A stretch of DNA of 64,000 nucleotides from Glaucostegus cemiculus (lineage: Eukaryota), in assembly GCA_976551045.1 (NCBI GenBank), contig CDPCPM010000052.1, positions 6,014,001 through 6,078,000 of the forward strand, read 5' to 3'. The notes beneath the pieces are model-generated. The model was not told where the DNA came from. It searched no databases and was given only the letters and a program-made list of their open reading frames with translations. This document shows, piece after piece, positions 13,580 to 25,500 of the stretch (positions within the stretch are counted from its first letter, which is position 1; each line of letters starts with the position of its first letter). Made by a program: the position numbers and the translations under genes.

Positions 13580-14682
13580 GACACTGTAATTTCCTTAGTG
13601 ATAATTTGATCTTCACCTAGATCCTCTAATATTTTTATTTACCTATAGCTTTGTATTCTACCAGTGTGTAACTTATTCCTAAAGAACTCCATTAACTTTA
13701 CAATCTATATTTAGTATTTACTTAGAATCGGGTGCCTCACATTGCTCAATATCCACGGGCTAACCGGGGCTTGCACATTGCTTTACCACAGTTGTGATCA
13801 CATTCCAGTGATATCACAGTAAAGCAAAGTTACTTGTCTAAATTTGATTTAGACAATGTCAGTGCCAAGTTATGCTACATGGTTTTCATCAAGCCAAGAC
13901 TGTTTTGCATCAATGCAAATTTGTAATACTACTGATCCATAAGTAAATTGTTACTGACTTTTCCATTCATGCAGATGACAGTTCCTGCCAGACAGACTTT
14001 GCAGTTTGTTCTGTATCCATTACAGCTAAGATATCATCGTCTGACTTCATTCTACACCTATTCCAGTCTGTCAGGCAATTGAACTACATCTGTAAAGTAA
14101 ATGAATGACGCCAGTCTCCCACACTGATTTAATTTTCCTAGCAGGTGGCTCTGCCTGCTGACTTTGGTGCCCTGTATCATAGTCCATATGGAAGATGCTC
14201 AGCTTCTGTGAAACATTTTTCATATTGTCTAGTGTTTCAATCATTTCCACTATCTTCATAATTATCTGTACTAAATATTTGTTTTATCTAAATGCAATTC
14301 ACTCTTTTAACCTCCAACTCAAGTTGGATTCTTCCACATTTCTCTCTGTACATTATGAGGTTAAAGATCTTTTTAGCCTTGGATGTGATGGGAATGCTGC
14401 TGGGAATAAAAGACAGTTTTCACATTCACTGAGCCGGTTCTATTGGTTGCAGACTATCTAGAACATCTGATTTTCTTCAGGTTTTATAAATTGTGCTTTT
14501 TTAATGCCGATCCGTGATATTTTACAAAGATGTGTGATTTATAAGTTTAATTGTGTTGAAGAGAGATTTTTTTCCCAAAAATCAGAAGCTTCGAGTGATG
14601 TTTTATTTTAGAACAGAGTTTTGTTCCTTGAAGTTCTGATGGAACTTTAAATGATAGTTGGTGAAAGGCACAGCAGCTTCTC

Positions 14683-15437
14683 AGATCGGCTGGTTGAGTG
14701 GTGTCGGAACAACAACCTCACACCCAATGTCAGTAAGACCAAGGAATTGATTGTGGACTTCAGGAAGGGGAAATTGGGAGAACACACGCCAGTCCTCATT
14801 GAGGGGTCAGCAGTGGAAAGGGTGAGCAGCTTCAAGTTCCTGGGTGTCAGAACTCGGAGGATCTATCCTGGACCCAACACATAGATGCAATCATGAAGAA
14901 GGAACATCAGCAGCACTACTTTGGTAGGAGTTTGAAGAGATTTGGTACATCACCAAAGACTCTTGCAAATTTCTATAGATGTACAGTGAAGAGCATTCTG
15001 ACTGGTCGCTTTACAGCCGGGTTTGAAGTCTCCAATGCACAGGATTACAAGAGGCTGCAGAGGGTTGTAGGCTCAGCCAGCTCCAACATGGGCACAACCC
15101 TCCCCACCATCGAGGACATCAAGAGGTGGTGCCTCAAGAAGGTGGCATCCATCACTAAGGACTCACCATCCGGGACATGCCCTCTTCTCATTACAATCAT
15201 CGGGGAGGAGGTACAGGAGCCCAAAGATCCACAGCCAACGGTTTAGGAACAGCTTCTCTCCCTCCGCCATCAGATTTCTGAATGGTCCATGAACACTATT
15301 TTGTTATTCCTTTTCTTTTTGCACTATTTATTTATTTTGTACTTTATAGTAATTTTTATGTCTTTACGCTGTACTGCTGCCACAAAACAACAGATATCAT
15401 GACATATATGTCAGTGATAATAAACCTGATTCTGATT
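14683..15437 (+). mobile_element. Rex-Babar LINE, 5'-truncated, (CTGATT)n-tail subfamily
   Basis: ORFs 14651-14884 (DRLVEWCRNNNL..NVSKTKELIVDFRK...VERVSSFKFLG) and 14893-15246 (LANFYRCTVKSILTG); tail AATAAACCTGATTCTGATT. Confidence 0.88.
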
Positions 15438-16261
15438 TAGTGTAAAAGATTCCAAATGGAGAAGAGACCCATGTTGACATGGTGTTCTCCTACTACCATG
15501 ACTGCTCAGTCTTGTGTGGGGGGAAAAAAAAATCAAGAAAGAAAATTCTTGTGCGAAAAAAAATTTCACACATTCTTGAAAAAGATAACCAAAAAAGGTG
15601 ACGTGTAATATTTCAGCATATCATCTTCAATGTCCAACTTTACTACATAGTTACTGATGAGGTTAGCCTTCGTTAATTGTGTGCTGAAGATGAAGTAATT
15701 TGAAGAAATTGAGATGATTGGGTTAATTTTATGATTCATCCTGATTGCACACAATCTTAATTTCCAGGAAGGAAAGAAAGTTGCTTTTGTTCTTATCATG
15801 ATTGTTTAGTAAAGATCACTGACTTTAAGATATCTCACATCCTAATGCCATTACTGGTATTTGTTCATCAAAGAGACCACCGTAGTTGAACATCGGTTAC
15901 AGTAGTGCATTGATTAGGTTACTTGACTGGCAGCCAGAGATCAGAACCATTAATCCAGAGTCCTAAATTGGAATCTCAGTAGTATGGTAGCTGGGTGATT
16001 TAAGTACAAATAATCGTATAAATCTCAAATTAAAACTAATCTCAGTTATAGTGAACACAAAACCATTGGGCTGTCATGTAAAACCCATGATCACTAATGC
16101 CCTTAATGTTCCTCCAGATGTGTTTGACTCATAACCATCTGCTCAGTTCAGGGTAATTTGTTGCAGACAGTAAGTGCCAGCCCTTGTCATTTTGTGGATT
16201 TCTGCTTTTAGAAAAATAATTGGAAGAAGTTTGCATTAGTTGGTTGCATGTAATTCTCTAA

Positions 16262-16391
16262 CAAAAGACACTTGGACAAGTACAAGGATAGGAAAGGTTT
16301 AGAAGTATGTGGGCAAATGGGACTTAGATGGATATCTTGGTCAGCGTGGGCTAATTGGACAGAAGGGCTGGTGTCCGTGCTGTTGACTATA
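16262..16391 (+). mobile_element. CR1 LINE extreme 3' end
   Basis: KRHLDKYKDRKGLE-like ORF2 end and CR1 terminal region (ttggacagaagggctggtgtccgtgctgt). Confidence 0.7.
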
Positions 16392-16835
16392 ATAATTTTT
16401 AAGAAGTTGGCAATGCTTCCATTCAGATGGTGTGTGCTCAGCAAATTATTATCCTTTGGCTTGATGAGGTAAATAAAAGCAAACTACTTCCACTGGCCAA
16501 TAAGTTGGTAACAAGAGGATAAAAGTCAAAGGGTGAACATAGGTATGAAATGCCTTATCAGAAATAGCAATGGAGGCTAAGTCTTAAAGAGGAGGGGACC
16601 ACTGAAATAAATATTGGAAGAGACAGAAGATGAAGGGGATGGGGGAAGTGGCATTAAATGAGGCCAAGTGACTACTCTCAAGGCGCAAGCACTTCACTGC
16701 TTTGACATATACCTCCATCATCGCATCTGGTTGAATGCCATAAGAAGCTAATCTTGAAAATCTGATCCTTCCTTTAAGGATAAGGATATGCTTGTGATAC
16801 ACACAGTCTTGTGTTATTTGAGAAAATGCCACCAG

Positions 16836-18056
16836 TAGAACATTGAAAGAACGTAGAACAGTACAGAACAGGAACAGGTCCTTCGGCCCACCACGTCTGC
16901 GCTGACCATGATGCCGATCTAAACTAATTCCATCTGCCTGCACAAAGTCTATAATCTGTCTGTTCCCTGCTTGCTCATGTGTCTGTCTAAATGCCACTTA
17001 AACATTGCAATCTCACTCCTGCTTCGACCAGCTCCCCTATCAGTGCATTGCATGCACCTACCATTTTTTGTGTTTAAAATAAAATTTGCACAGCAAATCT
17101 CCTTTAAACCCTTCCCGCCCCCCCCCATAAACCTATGCCCTCTAGTTTTTGTCGTTTCCACCCTGGGGAAAAAGACTCTGACTATCTCTCATAATTTTAT
17201 AGACTTCCTCTCTCTTCAGGTCTCCCCTCAGCCTCCAACACTCTGGAGAAAAGAATCCAGGCTTGTACAATGTCTCTTTATAGCTAATACACTCCAGTCC
17301 TGGTAAACCTCTTCTGTACCATCTCCAAAGCCTCCGTATCCTTCCTATAGCGTGGTAACCAGAATTGCACACAAACCTCTAAATGTGGCCTAACCAAAGT
17401 TTTATACATCTGCAACATAACTTCTCAACTTTTAAATGCAATGCCTTGACCAATGAACATGCCATACACATTCTTTGCCATCCTATCCACTTATATTGCC
17501 ACTTTCAGGAAGCTATGGACTTGCACCCCAAAGATCGTCAGTACATCAATGGTTCTAAGGCGCCTGTCATTTAACATCCCTCTTGCATTTAACATCCCAA
17601 AATACATCACCTTGCACTTATCTGGATTAAACTCCATTTGCTGTTTCTATGCCCAAATTTCCAACTGATCTATAATCTGTTATATCCTTTGACAACCTTC
17701 TTCGCTATCCACAACTCCACCAACTTTTGTGTCATTCTCAAACTTACTAATCTGACCACCTACATTTTCATCCAAATTATTAAAATATATTGTAAATAAC
17801 AGAGTTCCCAGCACTAATCCTTGCAGAACGCCCTTGGTGACAGACCTCCAATCAGCAAAACACCCTTCTACCACTACCCTCTATCTTCTATGACCAAGTC
17901 AATTTTGAATCCAATTTACCAATTCACCAAGGATCCCATGTGATTTTAATGTTCTGGATCACCCTACCATGAGGGACCTTGTCAAATACTTTAGTAAAGT
18001 CCATGTAGACAACATCAACTGACCTACCCTCGTCATTCATCTTTGTCACTTCCTCA
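16836..18056 (-). mobile_element. CR1 LINE, 5'-truncated, decayed
   Basis: ORF fragments MVEGCFADWRSVTKGVLQGLVLG...SKFENDTKVGGVVDSEEG, WRLRGDL..VYKIMR, KTRGHRF; tandem tagaaca tail at 16836. Confidence 0.88.
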
Positions 18057-19079
18057 GTGATATGATAAGTTTATGTAAGTATATTCCCATTGCCCTTGAA
18101 TGGCAGACCATTTGAGCTTTGTGTTTATTCTATCCATCCATTGTCACATACCATAAATACTATTCAAAAAGAACTCAACCTTCCTTTTGCCCAACCCAGA
18201 ACGGATAAAGTTTTTCCTTCTGGTATATAATAACTGAGGCTATTTGACCTCCCATTTATTGATGCATCCAACCTAATGACAAATGACAAGAAATCCTTAG
18301 AAACTTTAAAGACATTGGATTGGCTTAATGCAGGAGGGTGAAGCTGTGAGATACTCTTAAAATAGAGATGAACTAGCAAGACAGCAAGTAAAATATATCT
18401 GCCAATAACCAAGTCTGATTGAGTCAGTTTCTAAATTTGAGAATCTTACTGATGGTTAAGGTTGCAAGGTTTACTTATTCCATGCTATCAAAATATGAGT
18501 CTGTAGATTTAGGTACATATTCCTCTGTTTTGCATGAGATGTTGAGGAGAAATTGTTGTAGCTACATTTTGAGAAAAATATTACAAACTAGGGTTTAACT
18601 GAAATAGGAACAGAAATCAAATGCACACTGAAATGTCTGGTCTGACCAGTTAAAGTCAGCTGGCTCATGGTAATGAGTTAATGGGACTGGCCACACATTA
18701 GATTATGGAGTAAGTTTTGGATTATCTGAGGTTTATGGAGGGTAATATTTAATAGCAGTTGCCATTTCTGTTTTAGCCATTAGCAAGGAGAAATTTCAGT
18801 ACTTGCTAAATACATTATATGTCAAAGTATCTAAGTCATGGACAAGAAATATTTTACACTGGAAGAAATTCTTGGATCACTGAAAGTCTTAATTTACTTA
18901 ATCTTCCAGTGCCTGTTCTGTCATTGACTCAATTCATAGGTCATAGACCTGGGGTGTATGAACCTAATGTTTGTGAAGTAGTGAATTAATGGGATATATG
19001 TGACAGACCAGAATCATGTAGAGCACTTGTTACTGTTGTCTGCTTTGCCTGCCTTTAAGACATATACAGTCCTCTGTAC

Positions 19080-19308
19080 AAACAGAAACGTTGAGAAATA
19101 CTCAGCAGGTCAGGCAGCATCTGTGCATAGAGAAGCAGGCCTAACATTTCAGGTCGATAGCCTTTCACTAGAACTGGGAAATGTTAGAAGTCAAACATGT
19201 TGCATAGAAGGGGTCATCAATCTGAAATGGAGGCTGTATTTCTGTCTGACCTGCAGAGTATTTCTATTTTTACTACTGACATCCAACATTTGCAGTTTTT
19301 TTGTTTTT
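19080..19308. mobile_element. PLE-derived inverted (palindromic) short element
   Basis: Left arm ctcagcaggtcaggcagcatctgt with a minus-strand hammerhead remnant; right arm gaaggggtcatcaatctgaaa...tgacctgcagagta. Confidence 0.65.
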
Positions 19309-19790
19309 CATATTCCTATATAATGCTTCCTTTAATATTTGGTCTATATTCAATCATTGTATCATTAACAGCTTGCAACTGTGAGGAGTCAAACAGCCCA
19401 GGACCATTCAGAAGTGTGGTATCAAATAAAATTTGATGGGATACTAAGGCACTTAAGAAGGTTTTATGACAGAGAGGATAAGGGTGTGGATTCCAGAATA
19501 GGACTTGAGCAGGTGAAGGCTTGTACAGTGTGGGAAATCAGGGATACACGAGAGCCCATGATCAGAGGCATACAGAAACCTTGGCCAGTAGTTGTACCAA
19601 GATAAGTTGCTGTGGGTCGAAGACAGACTTGAACACAAGGAAGTAAAACCACAGTGGTGAACAGTACCTGCTGTGAGTTGGAATACATGCCACTGAGTTT
19701 TTGTTAACTGTAATTTACAATGTGTGACGGGAGACCCAGTCAAGAGGGCACTGACGTAATTAGTTTATTGTTAGTGTAATTGTCAAACCA

Positions 19791-20039
19791 TATTGGTATT
19801 GGTTTACTATTGTCACTTGTACCGAGGTACAGTGAAAAGCTTGTCTCACAAATGAATCGTACAGGTCAATTCATTACACAGTGTAGCTACATTGAGTTGG
19901 TACAAAGTGCATTGATGTAGTACAGGTAAAAACAATAACAATAGAGAGTAAAGTGTCACAGCTACAGAGAAAGTGCAGTGCAATAAGGTGCAAGGTCACA
20001 ACAAGGTAGATCATGAGGTCATAGTCCATCTCATTGTAT
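19791..20039 (-). mobile_element. Rex-Babar 3' UTR, (ACCAAT)n tail
   Basis: Closely similar to 5542-5770 and the inverse of 7750-7995. Confidence 0.85.
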
Positions 20040-21029
20040 TCTTCATTTGATGGAATGATAGATATTTTTAATAGTCATCCCTGCTGTTATTTAGCAATGC
20101 ATTGAGTTTTACATTACTGTCTGCTGCTGGTAGCTATGGCTTGAGTTTGCTGAAGGTCTATCAACTCCTTTTCTGTCTTTTAGATCACAAAATACATGAC
20201 AGTTAATTTTCCCATTGGAATATCCTGTACCTCTGTTTTACTTTCTCTGTCATGAATGCTGTCATTTCAATCATCATCAATCCTAACAACCCCAAGTACA
20301 TTTCTATTATGTCCTACCTCAATTCTGAACCAGGCTTCTGCATTATAACTTCAAAACTAATAACAGAAAAGATGTATAATACTTGACACCGTTGCATCTT
20401 TTAAAAAGCCTTATTACTCCTCAGTTTTCAGTTGAAATTATTTGATCTTGTCCATTTTTCTTTGGTGTTCGAATGCCATCACAAATTGTATGTCTAATTT
20501 CATCTGTGTCAGACACGTCAAATCCTGCTTCCTACATGAGCTATCTGCTCTCTATGTTCTCCTGCATTGGCATGTTTTCTTAACTTTGCACAGTGGATTT
20601 TATTTTTCTAAAGAGAAGAAAGGTGGCCTGCTGACTCAGGATATTTTGGATACCCAGTGAATCAGTTATGCATGCAGTCAATTTGAATCACTACTGCATG
20701 TGATTCGACCAACTATTGCTTCCCATTGTTGGGATGATATTTTTGCTTGTAAGGACATCCTGAGAGATGGTTGTTCAACCTTCTTGGCTAATGCAGTCAT
20801 CTGCATCCACTCATAGTTAGTCAGATGCAACTGTATAAAATATGAAATGGCCAGTTTTAGATTTTTGGATACCTCTGCCTTCATGTGTGCCAACATGAAT
20901 ATCTGCTACCAGATCCTTTTCATTCCTTATAATGGTGCTCTTTGTATCCCCAACAGAAACAAAGGAGTGCCAAACTGATTTCTTTTCTGTCCAATAAACC
21001 TTTTTTTCTGTTTCGCCTCCCATAATCAT

Positions 21030-22380
21030 TGTCATCGAATTGTACAGCATGGAATCAGGTCATTGGGCCCAACTCATCCACACCGAGCAGTGGGCACCCA
21101 TATTAATCGCCCTGCACTTGGTCCATAGCCCTCTGTGCCTAAAGTGATTCAAGTGCTTATCTAGAGCAACACACAAAAATTGCTGGGGGCGTTCAGCAGG
21201 TTAGGCAGCACCTGTGGAGGGAATTGAATACTTAACGTTTCAGGCCGAGATCCTTCATACACTGGGTCCTACTGTTCCTCTTCTTTACCAGCACTCCCCA
21301 CCCGTCCCTGGTCTCTCACGCTGCCCCCTACTCCTCATCCCCACTTCAGTCCTCTGAGCACCCCCCTTCCTCGAATCCCACTTTCCCTGACCCCTCCAAC
21401 CTTCCAAAAACAAATCAGGCCCAATGAGGAGTCTCAGCCCGACATGTGACTGTTCATTTCCTTCCACAGATGCTGCCTGACCCACTGAGTTCCTCTGGTA
21501 TTTTCTTTGTGTGTTGCTCCAGATTTCCAGCATCTGTAGTCTTTCTTGTGTCTCCAAGTGGTTATCTGGGCATTTCTTAAGTGCTGTCAGTGACCCTGCT
21601 TCCACCACTCTCTCAAGCAGTACATTCTCTGGGAGAAGAAGGTCTCCCTCATATCTCCTTATCCTAAATCTACGTCCTTTTGTTTTGTTTACCTTTGATG
21701 TGGAGGAAGGTTTCCTGCCGTCTGCTCTGTTCTATACCCCTCATAGTTTTATATACCTCAGTCATATCCTTTCTCAACCTCCTCCACTCCAGGGAGAACA
21801 GACCCAGCTACTCCAATCTCTTATAACTGAACTGTTCCATTCCAGACAGCATCCTGGTGAATCTCCTCTGCAATGTCTCCAGCTGGATTAACCTTCACCT
21901 GCCATTTTTCAGCCCATTTCATTGATATCTCTACAGCCTAAGACTACCTTCCACACTATCAATAATTCCACCAGTCTTCATGTCATCTGCAAACTTACTG
22001 ATCTTACCTCTCACTTCCACAGCCAACTCATTCACGTATGTTAGAAACAGCAAGAGTCCCAGCACTGATCCATGTGGAACACAACGTCGTAGGCATTCAG
22101 TTGAAAAGGCAGCCCCTGCCATCACCCTGTGTCTCCTTTTGCCAACCCAATTTTGGATCCAGTTTGTCAACCTGCCCTGGATTCCATGGGCCCTAACCTT
22201 TTGAATCAGTCACCCATGTCGAAGGTGTTACGAAAGTCCACGTAAATTGCATCTGCTGCCTTTCCCTCATTGATCCACTTTGTTACCTCTGCAAAGAATT
22301 CAATCAAATTGGTCAGACATAATTAGTCCTTGACAAGGCCATGTTGTTAGTCTCTGATTAGTCCCTGCCTTTCCAAGTGG
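21030..22380 (-). mobile_element. CR1 LINE, decayed, with a nested PLE palindrome
   Basis: ORF 21931-22170 WIQNWVGKRRHRVM...VPHGSVLGLLLFLTYVNEL...ISKFADDMK; 3' end near 21040. Confidence 0.85.
21163..21554. mobile_element. PLE-derived palindromic element with an imperfect 13-bp flanking direct repeat
   Basis: Inverted arms, each with a hammerhead remnant (21230-21265 minus; 21417-21452 plus). Flanked by CAAGTGCTTATCT (21150-21162) and CAAGTGGTTATCT (21555-21567). Confidence 0.8.
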
Positions 22381-22907
22381 GTTAACATGAGCTTGTTACA
22401 CAAACTATAGTCTTGACTGTGAGAACTCTGAGTACATTGAGATCATAAATGCAAGAAGCAGAGTGGTTTTTATTGTGACTTTAAAGAAACAAAAATTAGA
22501 TGGTCAATCAGCCTTCATTCCACTTGATAAAATGACAAACTTATTCTCTCACTGACAAGCTATAAGTGCATACAATCTGCAGTAATATCAACTGAATTAC
22601 AAAGAATCAAGGTTGCTAGTCTGCTGACGACTTTGGAGTTTAGGTTATGAATAAAGGTGAAAGCAGGATAAAAACGTAATGTGGATTTCTGTTTAGACTA
22701 GATTTGTTTCTTTTCTATAATCCAGTTGCTTGCTCTACATGTACATATTTGTAAACCCATTGCAATATTATTAATGCACCAGTTTAAGAGATGACTACGA
22801 GGGAGGTCAAGCTTTTATCTTGGGTTTGAATAAAGTACATTGCATTACCCAGTTCAAAAGTGTGCTGATTCTCTTTCTTCCTACTTTATCATCATCCAAA
22901 TACACAG

Positions 22908-23033
22908 TTGTCAACACTAAAGAACCGACTTAAGAAAGTTTCAACAACCACTGGGGATGGAGTTGCTCGTGCATTTTTGAAGACTCAAGCGGCTCTCTTT
23001 GGTAGCTACAGAAATGCTCTGAAGATTGAACCT
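22908..23033 (+). CDS. DENND1A: DENND1A next internal coding exon, 126 nt
   Basis: Polypyrimidine tract plus tacacAG (22906-22907) and donor GTaagt (23034). Translates LSTLKNRLKKVSTTTGDGVARAFLKTQAALFGSYRNALKIEP and joins in frame to the exon at 2030-2131. KKVSTTTG and RNALKIEP are DENND1A-type rather than DENND1B-type residues. Confidence 0.95.
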
Positions 23034-24504
23034 GTAAGTTGAACAAATTTATTGCACTCTTAAAGCTTTAGAAAAAAAATCATGTTTTTAAGGTATGAGC
23101 CAGTTGCTCCCAGATAGCCCATCTTTTATGACATTGGCGCAGCTAGCATTCCGTAACTATTCCTTCTTGGTTCTGAGAAGTGGTAGTGTGCTACTGTCTT
23201 GAACTTCTGCAGGGTTTCTGCTACAGGTGCTCACACACTGTTGTTGGGATGTATCAGCATTACTACTGATTCAGAATCGTGAATGACTTGGATGGAGAAG
23301 TGCAGGTGGTAGTCTTCTAATTCGCTTGCTGACCTTGTCCTTTGTGATGGTCAAGGTCACAGGATTGGAAGGTTATTTATATCAATAGAAGGTTAGCCAA
23401 TCCTCTTGTTTTATGTTTAGTAATTCACGCAAGTCCATTTACAAGTACTTATGTGTAAAAAAAATGCTTCTAGTAAGAATTATTTAAGCAACATTTTATT
23501 AACAGTATTGCATGGCAAACCTTGTAGTAGGAAGTTGTGTTTGAATTGTCTGGCCCATTCAATATAATTTCTCTGCTAATATCCTTCACCATCACCTTAT
23601 TTTGCTGCATGAAAGGATTGTAGAAAAATGTCATTTTTAATGTGCTTATCAGAAGAACCTTTTGCTGTCAGCCATAGGAATGAGTGTCATAAAAATTAAC
23701 ATTGCTGTAAAATGGATTGATTTGTGGTATCTTGCCTGCAGAACAATGTTTGGATTTGCATTCAGGATTCCTTCTTGTTGTGATTCTGCATAAAGAAACT
23801 AAATACTGAAAGGATGCCATTAGAATTCTCATGGTTAATGTATCTTACTTTTAAAAGAATGTGTTGGGATTTTTACTGCCTTATTACCCGCCCCCCCCCC
23901 CCCCCCCCTTAATGGTTCAATTTGTTAAAGCACTGAAAAGCAGACACAGGGAACATGGTTCATTTCTTGTTTCTCTGATTTCTGGTCTATGCTGAGTTAT
24001 TTCACCTCTAGGGCAGTATTGGCCTGCCAATGGTTTAACAAGGGAAAAAAATCTGCAATGGATTCCTGATTGCTTCGCAGCATGCCAGCTAAAGGTCCAT
24101 ATGTTTGAACAGAATAAAGTTTGACTGTGATCCTGCTTCTTCCTGCATCCCTTCTGTCCAGTAAACTTATTGGTTGTTAGTCACTATCTTAGCTCACATG
24201 TAGGAAGTGCTCCAGAGAGCAGTAGGTAGTGAGACCATCTTCAAACATAGATGAACCTTATTGAAACTATTATTAACTGCCTTGCGTACAACTAGTAGAG
24301 ACATTAACAAGCCATGAATAAAGTTGCATATTTATTGGAAATATTCCAAGATAAGCTTTTGTTGCCCAATTGTATTCCTGCTTCCAGTTATGTTGAATTG
24401 GCTGTTTCCAGCAAAAAAAATTGGGGGAGCATCGCCATTGAACCATGGGAGGAGGGGTGAACATGAGGCCAGGGATCATGTTTTTAGTTAATATTATAAA
24501 TTTT

Positions 24505-24852
24505 GTAAATTGGTTTATTATTGTCACATGCACTGAGGTACAGTGAAGAACTTTGTCCTGCATGCCATTCATACAGATCATTTCATTCCAACAGTGCATT
24601 GAGGCAGTACAAGGGAAAACCAATAACAGAATGCAGAATGAAGTGTTACAGTTACAGAGAAAGTGCAGTGCATGCAGACAATAAGGTGCAAAGCCAGAAC
24701 GAGGTAGATTGTGAGGTCAAGAGTCTATCTTATCTAAATAGGGAACCATTCAATAGTCTTATAACAGCGGGATAGAAGCTGTCCTTGGGCCTGGTGGTAC
24801 GTGCTGTCAAGCTTTTGTATCTTCTGCCCTATGGGAGGGGACAGAAGAGAGA
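24505..24852 (-). mobile_element. Rex-Babar LINE 3' end
   Basis: aaattggtttattattgtcacatgcactgaggtacagtgaa...gatagaagctgtccttgggcctggtggtacg, homologous to the other Rex copies. Confidence 0.85.
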
Positions 24853-24959
24853 AATTAATTTTCGGTAGAAACACAAAAAATGGTATTTGCTGCCATTAAT
24901 CTAGGAAAACAACCCCCGGAAATAAAAATGGTCATGTATCGGGGAGTGGTGTAACATTT

Positions 24960-25500
24960 AGAAGAGAAAGCTAAAAAGATGGATTTTAAGGAGACCTCTG
25001 AGAGGAAACATGAGGGAGCTTCTGAGAGTGAGGCTAGGAGTCTTGGTATCAATTATGGAGAGTACCAGAGGCAGGGAACTGAAGGATACAAAAGGAGATT
25101 CAACTCTGGTGGCAGGATTGCTTTGAACAAAGTGGAGTTTACTGAAGTGCAAGACAATCAAGGAAGATGAGGTGTCAAGTCTGGAGATGACAGTCTGGCT
25201 GAGAGGGTTTGGTGGCAGTGAGGATCCAGAGGTAGGAGCAGGCACAGCAGGAACAAAGTTTCTGGGTGTAGCAGAGTGTAAGGTGTAAAATTCAGCTCTG
25301 GACACAATAAGATACCAAGGTTCTTCATGGCTTGTGGCAAACCAAGTGATTGGCTAGCTCAACACAGACTCATTGGGAAGGAAACAAAACTTCTGGTACT
25401 GGGGCAGAAAGCAAATAGCAACGTTTCACTCGGAAAAATGTTCACTTATTCACAACTTAATGACAGTTAAACAATCTAACAGCACAGAGGCCGTGTGGAG
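24960..25500 (-). mobile_element. Old L2-like LINE fragment
   Basis: MKNLGILLCPELNFTPY resembles the L2 ORF2 motif VRNLGV.FDPELSF; the 3' part resembles L2 termini. Confidence 0.5.

Noticed and set aside
15930-16190. Possible old elasmobranch SINE
   Set aside because: It resembles a repeat I recall from shark genomes, but it is too degraded to define boxes, ends or family, so it is not listed as a feature.
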